From: Clostridiales bacterium | GTDB taxonomy: Bacteria > Bacillota > Clostridia > Saccharofermentanales > Saccharofermentanaceae | Assembly: GCA_017509245.1 (NCBI GenBank) | Contig: JAFWQC010000009.1 | Coordinates: 18,460 to 82,459, forward strand | Reading direction: 5' to 3' | DNA length: 64,000 bases | In this document: piece by piece, positions 1 through 10,485 of the stretch | Layout of the letters: every line of letters begins with the position of its first letter | Position numbering within the stretch: position 1 is the first letter of the stretch | Position numbers and translations under genes: made by a program | Notes under the pieces: model-generated | The model's input: only the letters and a program-made list of their open reading frames with translations | Databases searched by the model: none | Told to the model about the DNA's origin: nothing

Positions 1-411
1 ATATCATGTAAAGCCACTCTACAAGGCGTTTCCGTCATGATGCTCGACTTAGACCATTTCAAGACCGTAAATGATAACTACGGCCATTCAGTAGGCGACC
101 TTACCTTAAAGCATTTCGCGAAGATCATGAAGGAACTTGCAGTGTCACAGCATGCATCCGTAGGCCGCTGGGGCGGTGAGGAGTTCGTCATAGTCTGCTA
201 TAAGAAGGATGCGGGGAAAGCTTCTGAGATGGCAGAGGAATTAAGAAGGAATGTTGACGAATATCTCTTCCCTGAGATAGCGCATATAACCTGTTCCATC
301 GGTGTTACCGAGCTTAAGCCCGGAGATGATTTTGCCAAGGCTTTTAACAGGATCGACAAAGCCATGTATGCTTCCAAGCATAACGGAAGAAACATGGTTA
401 CCGTGATGTAA
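1..411 (+). CDS. Diguanylate cyclase (GGDEF domain), 3' part; the gene begins upstream of the window
   Basis: DLDHFKTVNDNYGH, GRWGGEEF and ITCSIG motifs, with a typical GRN C-terminus; the reading frame runs in from the left edge. Confidence 0.92.
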   Translation: MSCKATLQGVSVMMLDLDHFKTVNDNYGHSVGDLTLKHFAKIMKELAVSQHASVGRWGGEEFVIVCYKKDAGKASEMAEELRRNVDEYLFPEIAHITCSIGVTELKPGDDFAKAFNRIDKAMYASKHNGRNMVTVM

Positions 412-448
412 TTCCTTACTCCTGATTATTTCCCGATAAAGCGTATGG

Positions 449-471
449 TGTCCGGATTTGTCATCCGGACA
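449..471. terminator. Hairpin between convergent genes, a probable bidirectional terminator
   Basis: TGTCCGGAT-5nt-ATCCGGACA perfect inverted repeat between the GGDEF and sulP stop codons. Confidence 0.55.
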
Positions 472-2127
472 TTATGCTTTTACGATCTCCTGTGCGCGTG
501 CGAGCGCATCGTCGATGTGTGCGCAGAAGTTAGCCTCGCCGAGCTTTTGGTCGAATCCGGCCTTGTGGATGACCTTCATCGGCTGCTCATTTACGTGTGA
601 CATGATGAGCTGAACGCCGCGGCTCGTGCACTCGTCGTAGAGAAGCTCGAGATTGCGCATGGCTGTGGCGTCTATCGTACTGACACTTCTCATTCTTATA
701 ACAAGAGCTTTTGTGCCTTCTTTGGGCGAGATCTGGAGTATCTTTCCCGCGCTCGCGAAAAACATGGGTCCGGAGATCTCATAGACGAGAGTGTTCTCGG
801 GAAGGACACGAAGATCGATGCTGTCAGGATCGTTCTCGGGATCGAAATCCTTCCAGCCTGCAACCTGTGTGACCTCGCTCATTCTCTTCATGAAGAGAAC
901 AGCTGCAAGGAGCACGCCTACTTCAATAGCTACGACGAGATCGAAGATGACCGTGAGTGCGAAAGTGATAAGGAGTACAACGATGTCGCTCTTAGGTGAG
1001 CTCTTAACGAGCTTAACGAATCTCCTCCAGCCGCTCATGTTATATGCAACCTGGAAAAGGATCGCAGCGATGCAGGGCATGGGGATGAGCTTTGCATAGG
1101 GCATGAGGAATACAACAACGATAAGAAGTGTTACAGAGTGGATCATGCCGGCAACAGGTGTCTTACCGCCGTTCTTGATGTTAGCGGCAGTTCTGGCGAT
1201 GGCTCCTGTGGCAGGGATACCGCCGAAGCATGCGGATGCCATGTTACCCAGACCCTGGGCAACGAGTTCTGCATTCGGGCGGTGTTTTGAACCGATCATG
1301 GAATCGGCAACCACTGCGGAGAGCAGGGATTCGACACCTGCGAGGAATGCGATCGTGACGGCGTTCGATAGCTGGCCTTTTATGTTTTCGAACGTGAACA
1401 CAGAAAAGTTCAGGCTGAAAGGGGGAAGACCTGCCGGGATATCCGCAAACTGCTTTCCGATAGTATTAACGTCGAGATGGAATACTTCGACGATGACTGC
1501 GGTAACGATTACCGCAATGAATGAACCGGGGATCTTTTTGAAGAAGATGGGCCATACGATGAGGATAACGAGTGCGATCGCGCCTACCATGACTGCCTGC
1601 CAGTTGAGAGTAACGGCGTTGTTTATGAGGGCCATGATCTTCTCGCCTGTCTCGATGGGCTTCTCGCCGTTCTGGTAAGTGATGCCTGTGAAGTCCTTGA
1701 TCTGGCCGATGAGGAGAGTAACTGCAATACCTGCTGTAAAGCCTGTGGTGATAGGATCGGGAATATATTTGAGCAGGCTTCCGAAGCGGCACAGACCCAT
1801 GATTATGAGGAGGATGCCCGCCATGATCGTAGCGATCATGAGCCCTTCTCTGCCGTCCTTCATTACGATGCCTGCAACGATCGTCGCAAAAGCTGCCGTG
1901 GGTCCTGCGATCTGGACACGGCTTCCGCCAAGGAAAGATACGATGAATCCTGCCACGATCGCGGTGTAGATACCGGCTTCAGGTCCGACGCCCGACGCTA
2001 TGGCAAGTGCAATTGATAAAGGCAGCGCTATGATGGCAACGATTATTCCGGCAACGAGATCCTTTACGAACTGGCTGCCTGTGTAATCCTTCATAACCGA
2101 GAACAGCTTTGGCTTGAATTCATTCAT
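472..2127 (-). CDS. sulP: SulP/SLC26 family anion permease with C-terminal STAS domain
   Basis: DLVAGIIVAIIALPLSIALA, GSRVQIAGPT and GGIPATGAIART motifs; STAS segment GPMFFA...IDATA. Confidence 0.95.
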   Translation of the reverse strand: MNEFKPKLFSVMKDYTGSQFVKDLVAGIIVAIIALPLSIALAIASGVGPEAGIYTAIVAGFIVSFLGGSRVQIAGPTAAFATIVAGIVMKDGREGLMIATIMAGILLIIMGLCRFGSLLKYIPDPITTGFTAGIAVTLLIGQIKDFTGITYQNGEKPIETGEKIMALINNAVTLNWQAVMVGAIALVILIVWPIFFKKIPGSFIAVIVTAVIVEVFHLDVNTIGKQFADIPAGLPPFSLNFSVFTFENIKGQLSNAVTIAFLAGVESLLSAVVADSMIGSKHRPNAELVAQGLGNMASACFGGIPATGAIARTAANIKNGGKTPVAGMIHSVTLLIVVVFLMPYAKLIPMPCIAAILFQVAYNMSGWRRFVKLVKSSPKSDIVVLLITFALTVIFDLVVAIEVGVLLAAVLFMKRMSEVTQVAGWKDFDPENDPDSIDLRVLPENTLVYEISGPMFFASAGKILQISPKEGTKALVIRMRSVSTIDATAMRNLELLYDECTSRGVQLIMSHVNEQPMKVIHKAGFDQKLGEANFCAHIDDALARAQEIVKA

Positions 2128-2426
2128 GGATATATCCTCAATTCTTCTTTCTTATTAGCAAAACCACAGAATTATAGAAATAGAGAACGTTGTTATCAAT
2201 TCGCATTTTCACAAATGAACACATGCCGGGATAAGGGCTCCTTTGTGTACTCGATACCAATATGAAGCGCTTGCTTCATGCGTTATCTGGTATAATTTAA
2301 AGATACGGGGCAAGCCCGCGGAATAAGGAAAACAAGGTTTCTCCGGCTTTTGATGTTCAGTGGAACGGCAAAAGATCATCCGGAAAGGTACGAACGCTGC
2401 GAACGCATAAAGGAGATGTACGGCCT

Positions 2427-3155
2427 ATGATCGAAGCCAGATCCCTTACCATGATATACGGCAACGGCCACAAGGCGACCGATGATGTCTCTTTCAACAT
2501 TAAGGCAGGAGAGATAGTGGGTTTTGCAGGACCTAACGGGGCAGGCAAGACCACGGTCATCAAGATGCTCACGGGTATCCTTAAGCCAACATCGGGCACG
2601 GTCCTGATCAATGGTTTTGATATCGGCAGGGATCCTGTAAAGACCAAGATGTCATTTGCCTATATTGCCGACAATCCGGACATACTGATACAGCTTACGG
2701 GCCTTGAATATTTAAACTTCATTGCGGATATGTATGAGGTCCCGGAAGATAAGAGAAAACAGAAGATCGGTGTCCTCGCGGAAAGATTCGGAATGAGCGG
2801 CGTCTTAAATACCCGGATGCGTGAATACTCACACGGAATGAGGCAGAAGCTCATGGTCATCTCGGCGCTTATTCACGACCCTCCGGCATGGATCCTTGAT
2901 GAGCCCATGACAGGTCTTGATCCTTCAGCGGCATTTGAGCTGAAACAGATGATGAGAGAGCATGCTGCAGCAGGCAATGCCGTACTGTTCTCGACCCACG
3001 TTCTTGAAGTGGCTGAACAGCTGTGCGACAGGATCCTTATAATCAACAAAGGAAAGATAATCAGGGAAGGAACGCTCGATTTCTTAAAACTCGACAATCC
3101 CGGAATGACCCTGGAAGAGATATTTGTCAAGCTCACGGGCAAGCCGGAGGATTGA
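2427..3155 (+). CDS. ABC transporter ATP-binding protein (ABC-2 type)
   Basis: Walker A GPNGAGKT, signature YSHGMRQK, Walker B ILDEP, H-loop STH. Confidence 0.95.
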   Translation: MIEARSLTMIYGNGHKATDDVSFNIKAGEIVGFAGPNGAGKTTVIKMLTGILKPTSGTVLINGFDIGRDPVKTKMSFAYIADNPDILIQLTGLEYLNFIADMYEVPEDKRKQKIGVLAERFGMSGVLNTRMREYSHGMRQKLMVISALIHDPPAWILDEPMTGLDPSAAFELKQMMREHAAAGNAVLFSTHVLEVAEQLCDRILIINKGKIIREGTLDFLKLDNPGMTLEEIFVKLTGKPED

Positions 3156-3156
3156 T

Positions 3157-4827
3157 ATGAACAAGACCAGGAGCCTTTATAAGGCGTTCAGCTCCAATCT
3201 TGAGATGCCAAAGCCGAACGGTGAGAAGAAGGTGAAGCTCTATAACCGTTTCGGCATGATCGCATTCATCGGGATAATGCTGCCCATATCCGTCATCGTC
3301 GGCTATATAACGTATATCCTTACGGATCTGCTCTATATGTTCGACGGCAATGCTTACGGGCTTTTATCAGAGCTTGATCTGATATCGGCTTTTGCCATGA
3401 TATTCGGTATGCCGCTCATGTTCAGCGTGCTGTTCTTTTCTTCAGATCTTAAGTTCCTGACAGCGCTTCCCGTGAAGTCCACGTCGCTTTACAAGGCAAG
3501 ATTCTGGCACACGTTCAAGGCCGAGAATGTCATGACATCAAACGTTCTTTTCGCGATATACATCGGATATTTCATAGCCTGCGCAAAGCATTCGGGACTT
3601 AAGGCGGCGCTCCATCCGGCAGCGCTTATCTCTTCAGTAATAGGGCTTTATTCTGCGCTCCTGCTGCCCCTGATCTATTGCTCGGTCATCGCAATGCTCC
3701 TGATGCTGGTATTAAGGAAGATCAAGCGCACGGATATCTATTACCACTCGTCACTTATTCTGTTTATCGTCTTTGCGGTCATGTTCCTCTTGTCTTTCAG
3801 GAGTTACGGCGCCATAAGCATGATGAACTATATCGATTCACTCGTCCTGAGCAACAACACATTTACCAGGATCTGCAATGTTTTGTTCCCGACAAACTAT
3901 CTGACCACGCTTTCCATAAGGACACACAGGATCCTTCCGCTTTCAGGCTCCGTTGCAATAACCGCGGCGCTTTATTTCCTGTCGGTCCTTACTGCTCATT
4001 TCACATATCGAAAAGGTCTCTTCGCGGCAGCAGTTATCAGCGACAGAAAACCGTCCGGAAAGATCCGCTCCGGATACGCAAGCCGCAAGGTCTTTTCGTC
4101 TCTTGTGATAAAGGAAGCCCGCGTCCTCATGAGGACGATGACATACAGGATGAACTGCGTTTATGCGAATCTCCTCTGGCCCGTGGCAGCCGTGATCTTT
4201 ATTTTCGAGGCGCCGAACTTTGAGATCCTGAAGAAGTTCTCTTATAACCTGCAGAACGGGGACGCGAAAAGCCAGGTCATCCTGTTTGCAGTTGTCATCG
4301 CAGTCTCCTTCATCGCTTCCGGCCTCAATTCCATAGCCTCGACTTCATTTACGCGCGAGGGCACGCACCTTGATATGCTTAACTACCTGCCATCCGGTCC
4401 CGGCAAACAGATCAGCGCGAAAGTCCTTATTGCCGTGCTCTTTACGCTCATTCCCGAAGTGATCGCAATCATCCCGGTGACCGTTTACCTGGGCAACGCC
4501 GCAATGCTTCCGCTCTATATCATCGTCTCTTCCGCATGCGTTCTTACCGCGACCATGATCGGTGTGATAATGGATTCGATATCGCCTTATACCGCATGGT
4601 CTGACGAACTGTCGGCTCTCCGCGGCAATCTGAACTGCTTCTTCAACCTCGCAGCCGAGATGATCGCGGCGCTCTTGACGGGCGCTTTGGCTTACGGACT
4701 CTATCTCCTGTCCGGAAGTGCCGTGCTCACGATAGCTCCGGTCTCAGTGCTACTCTTTGCAGGCTGCGCCATTCTGGTCATCTCCGGTCTTCCGCGTGTT
4801 CGAAAAAACATCGAGCTGCTGAAGTGA
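3157..4827 (+). CDS. ABC-2 type exporter permease
   Basis: About 12-14 hydrophobic segments and an SFTREG motif; GGAGG RBS before ATG 3157; adjacent to the ATPase. Confidence 0.85.
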   Translation: MNKTRSLYKAFSSNLEMPKPNGEKKVKLYNRFGMIAFIGIMLPISVIVGYITYILTDLLYMFDGNAYGLLSELDLISAFAMIFGMPLMFSVLFFSSDLKFLTALPVKSTSLYKARFWHTFKAENVMTSNVLFAIYIGYFIACAKHSGLKAALHPAALISSVIGLYSALLLPLIYCSVIAMLLMLVLRKIKRTDIYYHSSLILFIVFAVMFLLSFRSYGAISMMNYIDSLVLSNNTFTRICNVLFPTNYLTTLSIRTHRILPLSGSVAITAALYFLSVLTAHFTYRKGLFAAAVISDRKPSGKIRSGYASRKVFSSLVIKEARVLMRTMTYRMNCVYANLLWPVAAVIFIFEAPNFEILKKFSYNLQNGDAKSQVILFAVVIAVSFIASGLNSIASTSFTREGTHLDMLNYLPSGPGKQISAKVLIAVLFTLIPEVIAIIPVTVYLGNAAMLPLYIIVSSACVLTATMIGVIMDSISPYTAWSDELSALRGNLNCFFNLAAEMIAALLTGALAYGLYLLSGSAVLTIAPVSVLLFAGCAILVISGLPRVRKNIELLK

Positions 4828-4912
4828 CTCGCTCTGTTCTTGAACAGACTTGATAATGCTATAATTCTCATCGAAAAAGGTTTTCGGGACCGCAAAAGAA
4901 AGGGAAATTAAT

Positions 4913-5620
4913 ATGATCAAGGCACTTCTTACGATCGATGATGTCTCATCCAAAAACACACCTGCCATTGTTGACTACCTGTGTGAAAAGAACATACGTG
5001 TTCTGATGTTCATGGTCGGGCAGTGGGCCGAAGACTGTCCTGATGAACTGATCTATGCATTAAAGCACGGGATCACGGTCGGAAATCACAGCTACTCCCA
5101 TCCGCATTTTTCAGAGCTTACCTTTGAGCAGTGCAAGGCGGAGATCGAGAAGAACGAGCAAGTGCTGGACCGCTTCTATGAAAAGGCCGGCGTCGAAAGA
5201 AAATACAGGCCTTTCCGCTTCCCCTTCGGCGACAAGGGCGGTGACAATAAGGAGCTTCTCTCGGCATACCTCAAAGAGAACGGCTTTGACAAGGTAAAGG
5301 ACACGGATATTGACTATCCCTGGTGGAAGGAGATGGGCCTTGATAAGGACATCGATACCTTCTGGACCTTTGATTTTGCGGAATATAACATCCGTCCGGA
5401 CAGCGGCTTTACAATAGATGACGTCATGAAGAGGATCTACGATCAGGAGCCTCAGGACGGCGCGGTCCTCTTTAAGGATGGAAGCAGTCACATCCTGCTT
5501 CTTCATGCCCACGACATTACTGACGAGATGGCGCCCGGCTACTATAAGATCTTCATTGAGGAATTGCTCAAGAACGGCGTTGAGTTTGTAAGTCCGGAGT
5601 TTATTAAGACAGCGGAGTGA
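4913..5620 (+). CDS. Polysaccharide deacetylase (CE4/NodB family)
   Basis: LTIDD, GNHSYSH, FRFPFG and LLLH motifs. Confidence 0.9.
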   Translation: MIKALLTIDDVSSKNTPAIVDYLCEKNIRVLMFMVGQWAEDCPDELIYALKHGITVGNHSYSHPHFSELTFEQCKAEIEKNEQVLDRFYEKAGVERKYRPFRFPFGDKGGDNKELLSAYLKENGFDKVKDTDIDYPWWKEMGLDKDIDTFWTFDFAEYNIRPDSGFTIDDVMKRIYDQEPQDGAVLFKDGSSHILLLHAHDITDEMAPGYYKIFIEELLKNGVEFVSPEFIKTAE

Positions 5621-5822
5621 GTGCGGATTTGCGGAGGGTGTGCGGCGTGCTGACGGCTGCGTGTTGCCGATGAGTCGTGGCGTGCTGATGACGTCCACGG
5701 CGGTGTGCTGACGGCGAGTTTCCGGTGCGCAGCCGTGGAAAGCATGTGATATTAAATTTTACGTTTAAAGTATTAAATATGCTATAATTATCGCGGAGTA
5801 AAAATAGGGGAGGGTTAAGATT

Positions 5823-6764
5823 ATGAAGTTACAAAGTTTGAATTGTCCCAATTGCGGATCTCCACTCAGAACTGAAGGCCAGATGCAGTATTGCGACAGC
5901 TGCGGATCCTCATTCAAGATCGATTACGATGAGTCCGACGTAGAGTTCGAGCGCTTGAGCAAAGCCAATGAGCTCAACAAGCAGCAGTTTGCTCATGAGA
6001 AGGAAATGCTGGAGACCCAGTTCCGTCTTCAGGAAGAAGCCCGCATCAAGAACGAGAAGAGGCAGAAATCCGAGGCGCGCAGAACCCAGGCAGCCAACAA
6101 ATTCAAGGCTTTGCTCTCGCTGGTTATTTTCCTTGTCGTCTTCTTCGGCATCGGAATCTTATTCTACAAGCTGGTCATGGGCCAGTCACTTTTCGATCAG
6201 CTCAGAGATGAACTGCAGACAACAACCACAGAGACGACGTTGTCTCCCTACATCACGATAACCGTTGCCGATGTTGAAGCTGACACCGAGTTCATGGAAA
6301 ACGCACAGGCTTCCGTCATGTCCTATGTCAATAAGGAAAGAAACGAGAAGAAGGTCACCACATATGATCTTCCCGTTACTGACTGGTCTATCTGCAGCGA
6401 TCCCGAGATCTACGAATGCTATCTCTTTACGAGCGAAAATGAGAGCAGACTGGTATTCTTGGTCAAGATGACATATCAGAGTGAGAGGGACAGCGATGAT
6501 ACCCAAGAGGTATATGACGCCCTCTATCTCAAGAATATTAAGGTCGGCTCTGACGGCAAGATCGCAAGCGATTATTCAGTCAAAAAGGACAGAGGCGAAG
6601 GCGCCGTTGACTGGACCTGGGATGGTGCTGTTGATTCCGATCAGCTTTACAGATCCGCAGTCCTCGGCAAGACCGAATTCACCAATGCAAAGGTCAAGTT
6701 CATTGCTCCTGCTATCGAGACCGAGGCGGAAGAGACTGAAGCCGAAGCAGAAGATGAGGATTGA
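5823..6764 (+). CDS. Zinc-ribbon membrane protein
   Basis: N-terminal CPNC...CDSC, coiled coil, one TM helix, acidic extracellular domain. Confidence 0.75.
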   Translation: MKLQSLNCPNCGSPLRTEGQMQYCDSCGSSFKIDYDESDVEFERLSKANELNKQQFAHEKEMLETQFRLQEEARIKNEKRQKSEARRTQAANKFKALLSLVIFLVVFFGIGILFYKLVMGQSLFDQLRDELQTTTTETTLSPYITITVADVEADTEFMENAQASVMSYVNKERNEKKVTTYDLPVTDWSICSDPEIYECYLFTSENESRLVFLVKMTYQSERDSDDTQEVYDALYLKNIKVGSDGKIASDYSVKKDRGEGAVDWTWDGAVDSDQLYRSAVLGKTEFTNAKVKFIAPAIETEAEETEAEAEDED

Positions 6765-6934
6765 TCTCACAACCACGTAATAAACAAGTTATAATAAGGC
6801 GGCTGCAATGCGTAAGGTGTTGCAGCCGTTGTTTTTGACTTGTGATAATAACCTAATGGCGTTATCTGTCTGATAAAAGCCGGCAACACCCTTTGGTTAC
6901 GAAATGGTGATGAGATTTGCCATTTCCGCGCCCC

Positions 6935-7033
6935 GTATTCATCGTCAGGTCTTGATCCGAGATACGAGTATGCAAGACGGAATGCGTCATCGGCATACTT
7001 GTCGTAGAATCTCAACACTGCTTCGTTGGTCAT
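6935..7033 (-). pseudogene. Truncated ECF sigma-70 factor N-terminus
   Basis: MTNEAVLRFYDKYADDAFRLAYSYLGSRPD resembles the ECF region 1.2/2.1 start (Y..Y...vyr.a..yl....dAED) and has an AAGGAAGG RBS; similarity stops after about 30 codons. Confidence 0.55.
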
Positions 7034-7233
7034 GTCTTATGTCCTTCCTTTTCTCCGGTTTTTGAGATCTCACCTATAAGACGAATGAGGACGTGCGTTT
7101 TCACACATTCCGGAAAAAGAGTTTTCGAGCGAGTTCGAAAATACAGCACCAAAATATCATTAATACCACGGATATCAAGCTTGTAATGTAAGTTTTTGTT
7201 GGTATAATTCTTAGATATTTTCAAAGGTGGGGT

Positions 7234-8646
7234 ATGAAAAGAATGACCTTAAATCTGCACAGATTTATAGGGGATAAGAAGTTTTACAAGAATCTGTTCC
7301 TTATAACAATACCGATCATGCTGCAGAATGCTCTGACGAGTGTCGTCGGACTTCTGGATAATGTCATGGTCGGACAGTTGGGAACGGACAGCATGACGGG
7401 AGTGTCGATCGCGGGCAATCTCCTGTTTGTATTTATAATCGTATGCTTTGGCGCGGTGTCGGGAGCGGGAATATTCAGCTCGCAGTATTTCGGCAAGGCG
7501 GATTACAAAGAGATGGCTGCTGCTTTCAGAATGAAGCTCTATATCTGCGCGGTCGTCTCAGTCATATCGATATTCTTTTTCCTGATCTGGGGAAAGGATC
7601 TTATCGCGCTATACATCCATGATTCACAGGACGGCATCGGAAACATAGTCCTTGCAGCCAATGCCTCATGGGAATATCTTTATATAATGCTTTTCGGTCT
7701 CCCGTTCCTGGGCATCTCGATGTGCTATTCATCTACCGTGCGTGAGTGCAGGGTAACTCTCCCGCCCATGATCACCGGAATAATCGCGGTGCTTACTGAC
7801 CTCGTATTCAACTATCTTCTTATCTTCGGCAACTTCGGTTTCCCGGAGCTCGGAGTAAAGGGTGCGGCCATCGCCACAGTCATCGCAAGGATCACGGAGT
7901 GCGTGCTCAACATTGCTTATACCCATATAAAGGCCGGGCGTTTTGAGTTCATCAGGCATGCATATAAGACGTTCAGGATCTCAGGCACGCTTCTCAAGGG
8001 AATAGCGTCGAAAGGCTTTCCGCTGGTAGCAAATGAGACGCTGTGGGTAATATCGATAACTGTTGCGACACAGTGCTATTCCACGAGAGGACTCTCTGCT
8101 CTTGCGGCGCTTAACATCAACACTTCGATCGCAAATGTCTTCAACATTTTCTTCCTTGCCATGGGCTCTGCGGTATCCATCATAATCGGACCCATGCTCG
8201 GTGCCAACAAGATCAAGGAAGCAAAGGAGACCACGACGAAGCTCATCTTCTGCACGTTCATTATCTGCATCATTTCGGGTTCGCTGATGGCGCTCTGCGC
8301 AAGGCCGTTCCCGGATTTCTTCAATACCGAACCGGAAGTCAAGGAACTGGCACTAAAGATAATCCTTCTCGCGAGCTGCTACGTGCCGTTCCAGGGAATC
8401 TGCCACGCGTCGTATTTCGCGCTCAGATCGGGCGGCAAGACATGGCTCACGTTCCTCTTCGACAGCGGTCTCCAGTGGGTATTGTACATACCGCTTGCTT
8501 ACTTCCTGTCGCACTTCACTGACCTTGATGTTATCCGCATCTTCGTACTCGTCAACTGCTCTGATATCGTCAAGTGCTGCCTGTCACTGCTCTTCTTGCG
8601 GAAGATCAACTGGGCACAGAACATCGTGTCAACGACAGATGCATAA
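7234..8646 (+). CDS. MATE family efflux transporter
   Basis: DNVMVGQLG, FGFPELGVKGAAIATVIAR and LRSGG motifs; about 12 TM segments. Confidence 0.93.
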   Translation: MKRMTLNLHRFIGDKKFYKNLFLITIPIMLQNALTSVVGLLDNVMVGQLGTDSMTGVSIAGNLLFVFIIVCFGAVSGAGIFSSQYFGKADYKEMAAAFRMKLYICAVVSVISIFFFLIWGKDLIALYIHDSQDGIGNIVLAANASWEYLYIMLFGLPFLGISMCYSSTVRECRVTLPPMITGIIAVLTDLVFNYLLIFGNFGFPELGVKGAAIATVIARITECVLNIAYTHIKAGRFEFIRHAYKTFRISGTLLKGIASKGFPLVANETLWVISITVATQCYSTRGLSALAALNINTSIANVFNIFFLAMGSAVSIIIGPMLGANKIKEAKETTTKLIFCTFIICIISGSLMALCARPFPDFFNTEPEVKELALKIILLASCYVPFQGICHASYFALRSGGKTWLTFLFDSGLQWVLYIPLAYFLSHFTDLDVIRIFVLVNCSDIVKCCLSLLFLRKINWAQNIVSTTDA

Positions 8647-8680
8647 CGGCCTTTTGCCTCGCTGAGAAGCTGGCCCGCTA

Positions 8681-9736
8681 TCAGGTGTATTTTCCGTAGT
8701 GATCAATGTCGTTCTGAAGAAGCTCCATGACTCTGGCTTTCTGCTCATCAGTCAGGTCTTCAGAACGGATCTCATCTGCGAAATCATTGTACTGGGCGAT
8801 CGCGCCTTCATCATCGCCCTCTTTCTTGAGCGCAACGAGCTTGAAAAATGCGAGGCTCCTTCTGATGCGCAGGTAATGCTCCATATTGACAGCTTCTTTT
8901 CTTGATGCGAAAGCCTTCACGATCCCTTCGCACCAGTTGCACATTGCGAGCGCCTCGTCCTTGTTATTGTCCCACCAGCCGTAGTTCTGCGCGAATGTGT
9001 TCAGCATGCTTGCCACGAGCTCGAAAAGCATTACCGAGTTTTCCGATATGTCGCCCTTCATCTTTTCGAACCCGCTCTCGAAAAAAGTCAGCTCCATGCT
9101 GAGCTTCTCCTTAATGCGGTTCGTCGATATTGCGGGCAGCACGTTGATATGCTCTCTCGCATTGTCAAAATCCTTGTCGTGTATGTATATCCACGCAACG
9201 CCGTAATGCGTCTTCTCGATCAGCGTCTTATCTGTGCAGTGACTGATAAGATAAGCCCCTTTGCGGATGGCATCGCTGTATAACTTTTTGATGTGGTCCA
9301 TGTCGTCGGGGAATGAATCCTCAAGCACCGGATCTGCATACATGCTCAGGTTTGCGGTCTCTTCAACGTAGTCCTTGATTATCTCGAAACATCCGGGATT
9401 AAGCGTCGTCTCAGCAGAGAGAAATTCACATATCTGAAGGGCCTTTTGCGCCCTGTCATCACCGCTGTTCTTAATGCCTTCCACAGTCTGCCTGACCCTG
9501 GTGATCAGCTCCTCGTTCTCAGACATGGAATCATAACCCAGCAGCGCATCCGTGCTGACACCCAGGATCTGCGCAAGCGGTATGAGCATCGAAACATCAG
9601 GAAGCCCGTTCTCCGATTCCCACTTGCTCACAGCCTGCGGCGTGACGCTCAGAAGATCCGCAAGCTCCTCCTGCGTAAAACCCTTATTCTTCCGGTAAAT
9701 CTTGATGTTATTCCCGATAGTCTTTCCCATATCCAT
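8681..9736 (-). CDS. XRE-family HTH regulator with helical (TPR-like) C-terminal domain
   Basis: IKIYRKNKGFTQEELADLLSVTPQAVSKWE...PD HTH_3 signature. Confidence 0.88.
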   Translation of the reverse strand: MDMGKTIGNNIKIYRKNKGFTQEELADLLSVTPQAVSKWESENGLPDVSMLIPLAQILGVSTDALLGYDSMSENEELITRVRQTVEGIKNSGDDRAQKALQICEFLSAETTLNPGCFEIIKDYVEETANLSMYADPVLEDSFPDDMDHIKKLYSDAIRKGAYLISHCTDKTLIEKTHYGVAWIYIHDKDFDNAREHINVLPAISTNRIKEKLSMELTFFESGFEKMKGDISENSVMLFELVASMLNTFAQNYGWWDNNKDEALAMCNWCEGIVKAFASRKEAVNMEHYLRIRRSLAFFKLVALKKEGDDEGAIAQYNDFADEIRSEDLTDEQKARVMELLQNDIDHYGKYT

Positions 9737-9891
9737 TCTCCTTGATGTTTATTGATCAAGAGTTTGCATGCTTTTCCTGACTTAATGACATCGTATATTT
9801 TGCCACGAATAATATCAAGCAACGCACAGTTGATACGGGCTCAACGGAGTGGGGCGGGGCGGATCTAAGCGTTATGGCTTGTGACTTGGCG

Positions 9892-10480
9892 AACATCCCA
9901 AATGGCTTAAAAACGTGATTTGGGGTGTTTTTAGGGGGCTGAATGTATCCCAAACAGGCTGTTTTTCGTGATTTGGGATGTATGTTTAGAGCGCGCGAAA
10001 ATGCCGTTTTTGGAGATCATTTGCCGGAAAATGCCTCATTTTCCCCCAAGGTGGCGTTTTGTGGCGGAAACGGATGCGAGGCGGCTTTTAAAAGTGCGGC
10101 GGAGATAGATGGCAGCTTATACGGGGTATGCGATTCGGGTTGGGTTGAGGAGGGGTGAGGAGATCCGCTCGGTCAAATTCTTTTGAGAAATATGCTAAAA
10201 CCCTTAAATCTGACGGTTTAGCATACGTTTTATGGGTTGGGGCGGGTTGCTCGCCCGTGTCAGAGCCGCTTGGAGGGGCAAAACGTATGCTAAAAGTCTT
10301 AAATTTAGAGATTTAGCATACACTTGGGTGCAAATCGTATGCTTTTTGGGCTGATTTTGGTGATTTAGCATATTTTGGGCGGTTTGCATTTTCGAGCGCG
10401 CGAAAAAATATAACGGGAGGGATAATCCTACCTCCCGTTATTCAGCTTAAGAAGCAAAGCGGTTCTAATCGTATGCTAAA
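9892..10480. repeat. REP-like array of palindromic units in a long intergenic region
   Basis: Three TATGCT(AAA/TTT)-17nt-TTTAGCATA units and two (C/T)ATCCCAAA-16/17nt-TTTGGG(G/A)TG units; each set is followed by AGCGCGCGAAAA. Confidence 0.6.
10410..10441 (-). terminator. Rho-independent terminator of the lipoprotein gene
   Basis: ATAACGGGAGG-10nt-CCTCCCGTTAT inverted repeat with an adjacent A run (U tract on the minus strand). Confidence 0.7.
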
Positions 10481-10485
10481 GACCC

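Noticed and set aside
5620-5745. GC-rich degenerate GTGCTGA repeats after the deacetylase gene
   Set aside because: Short and irregular, with no consistent period or structure
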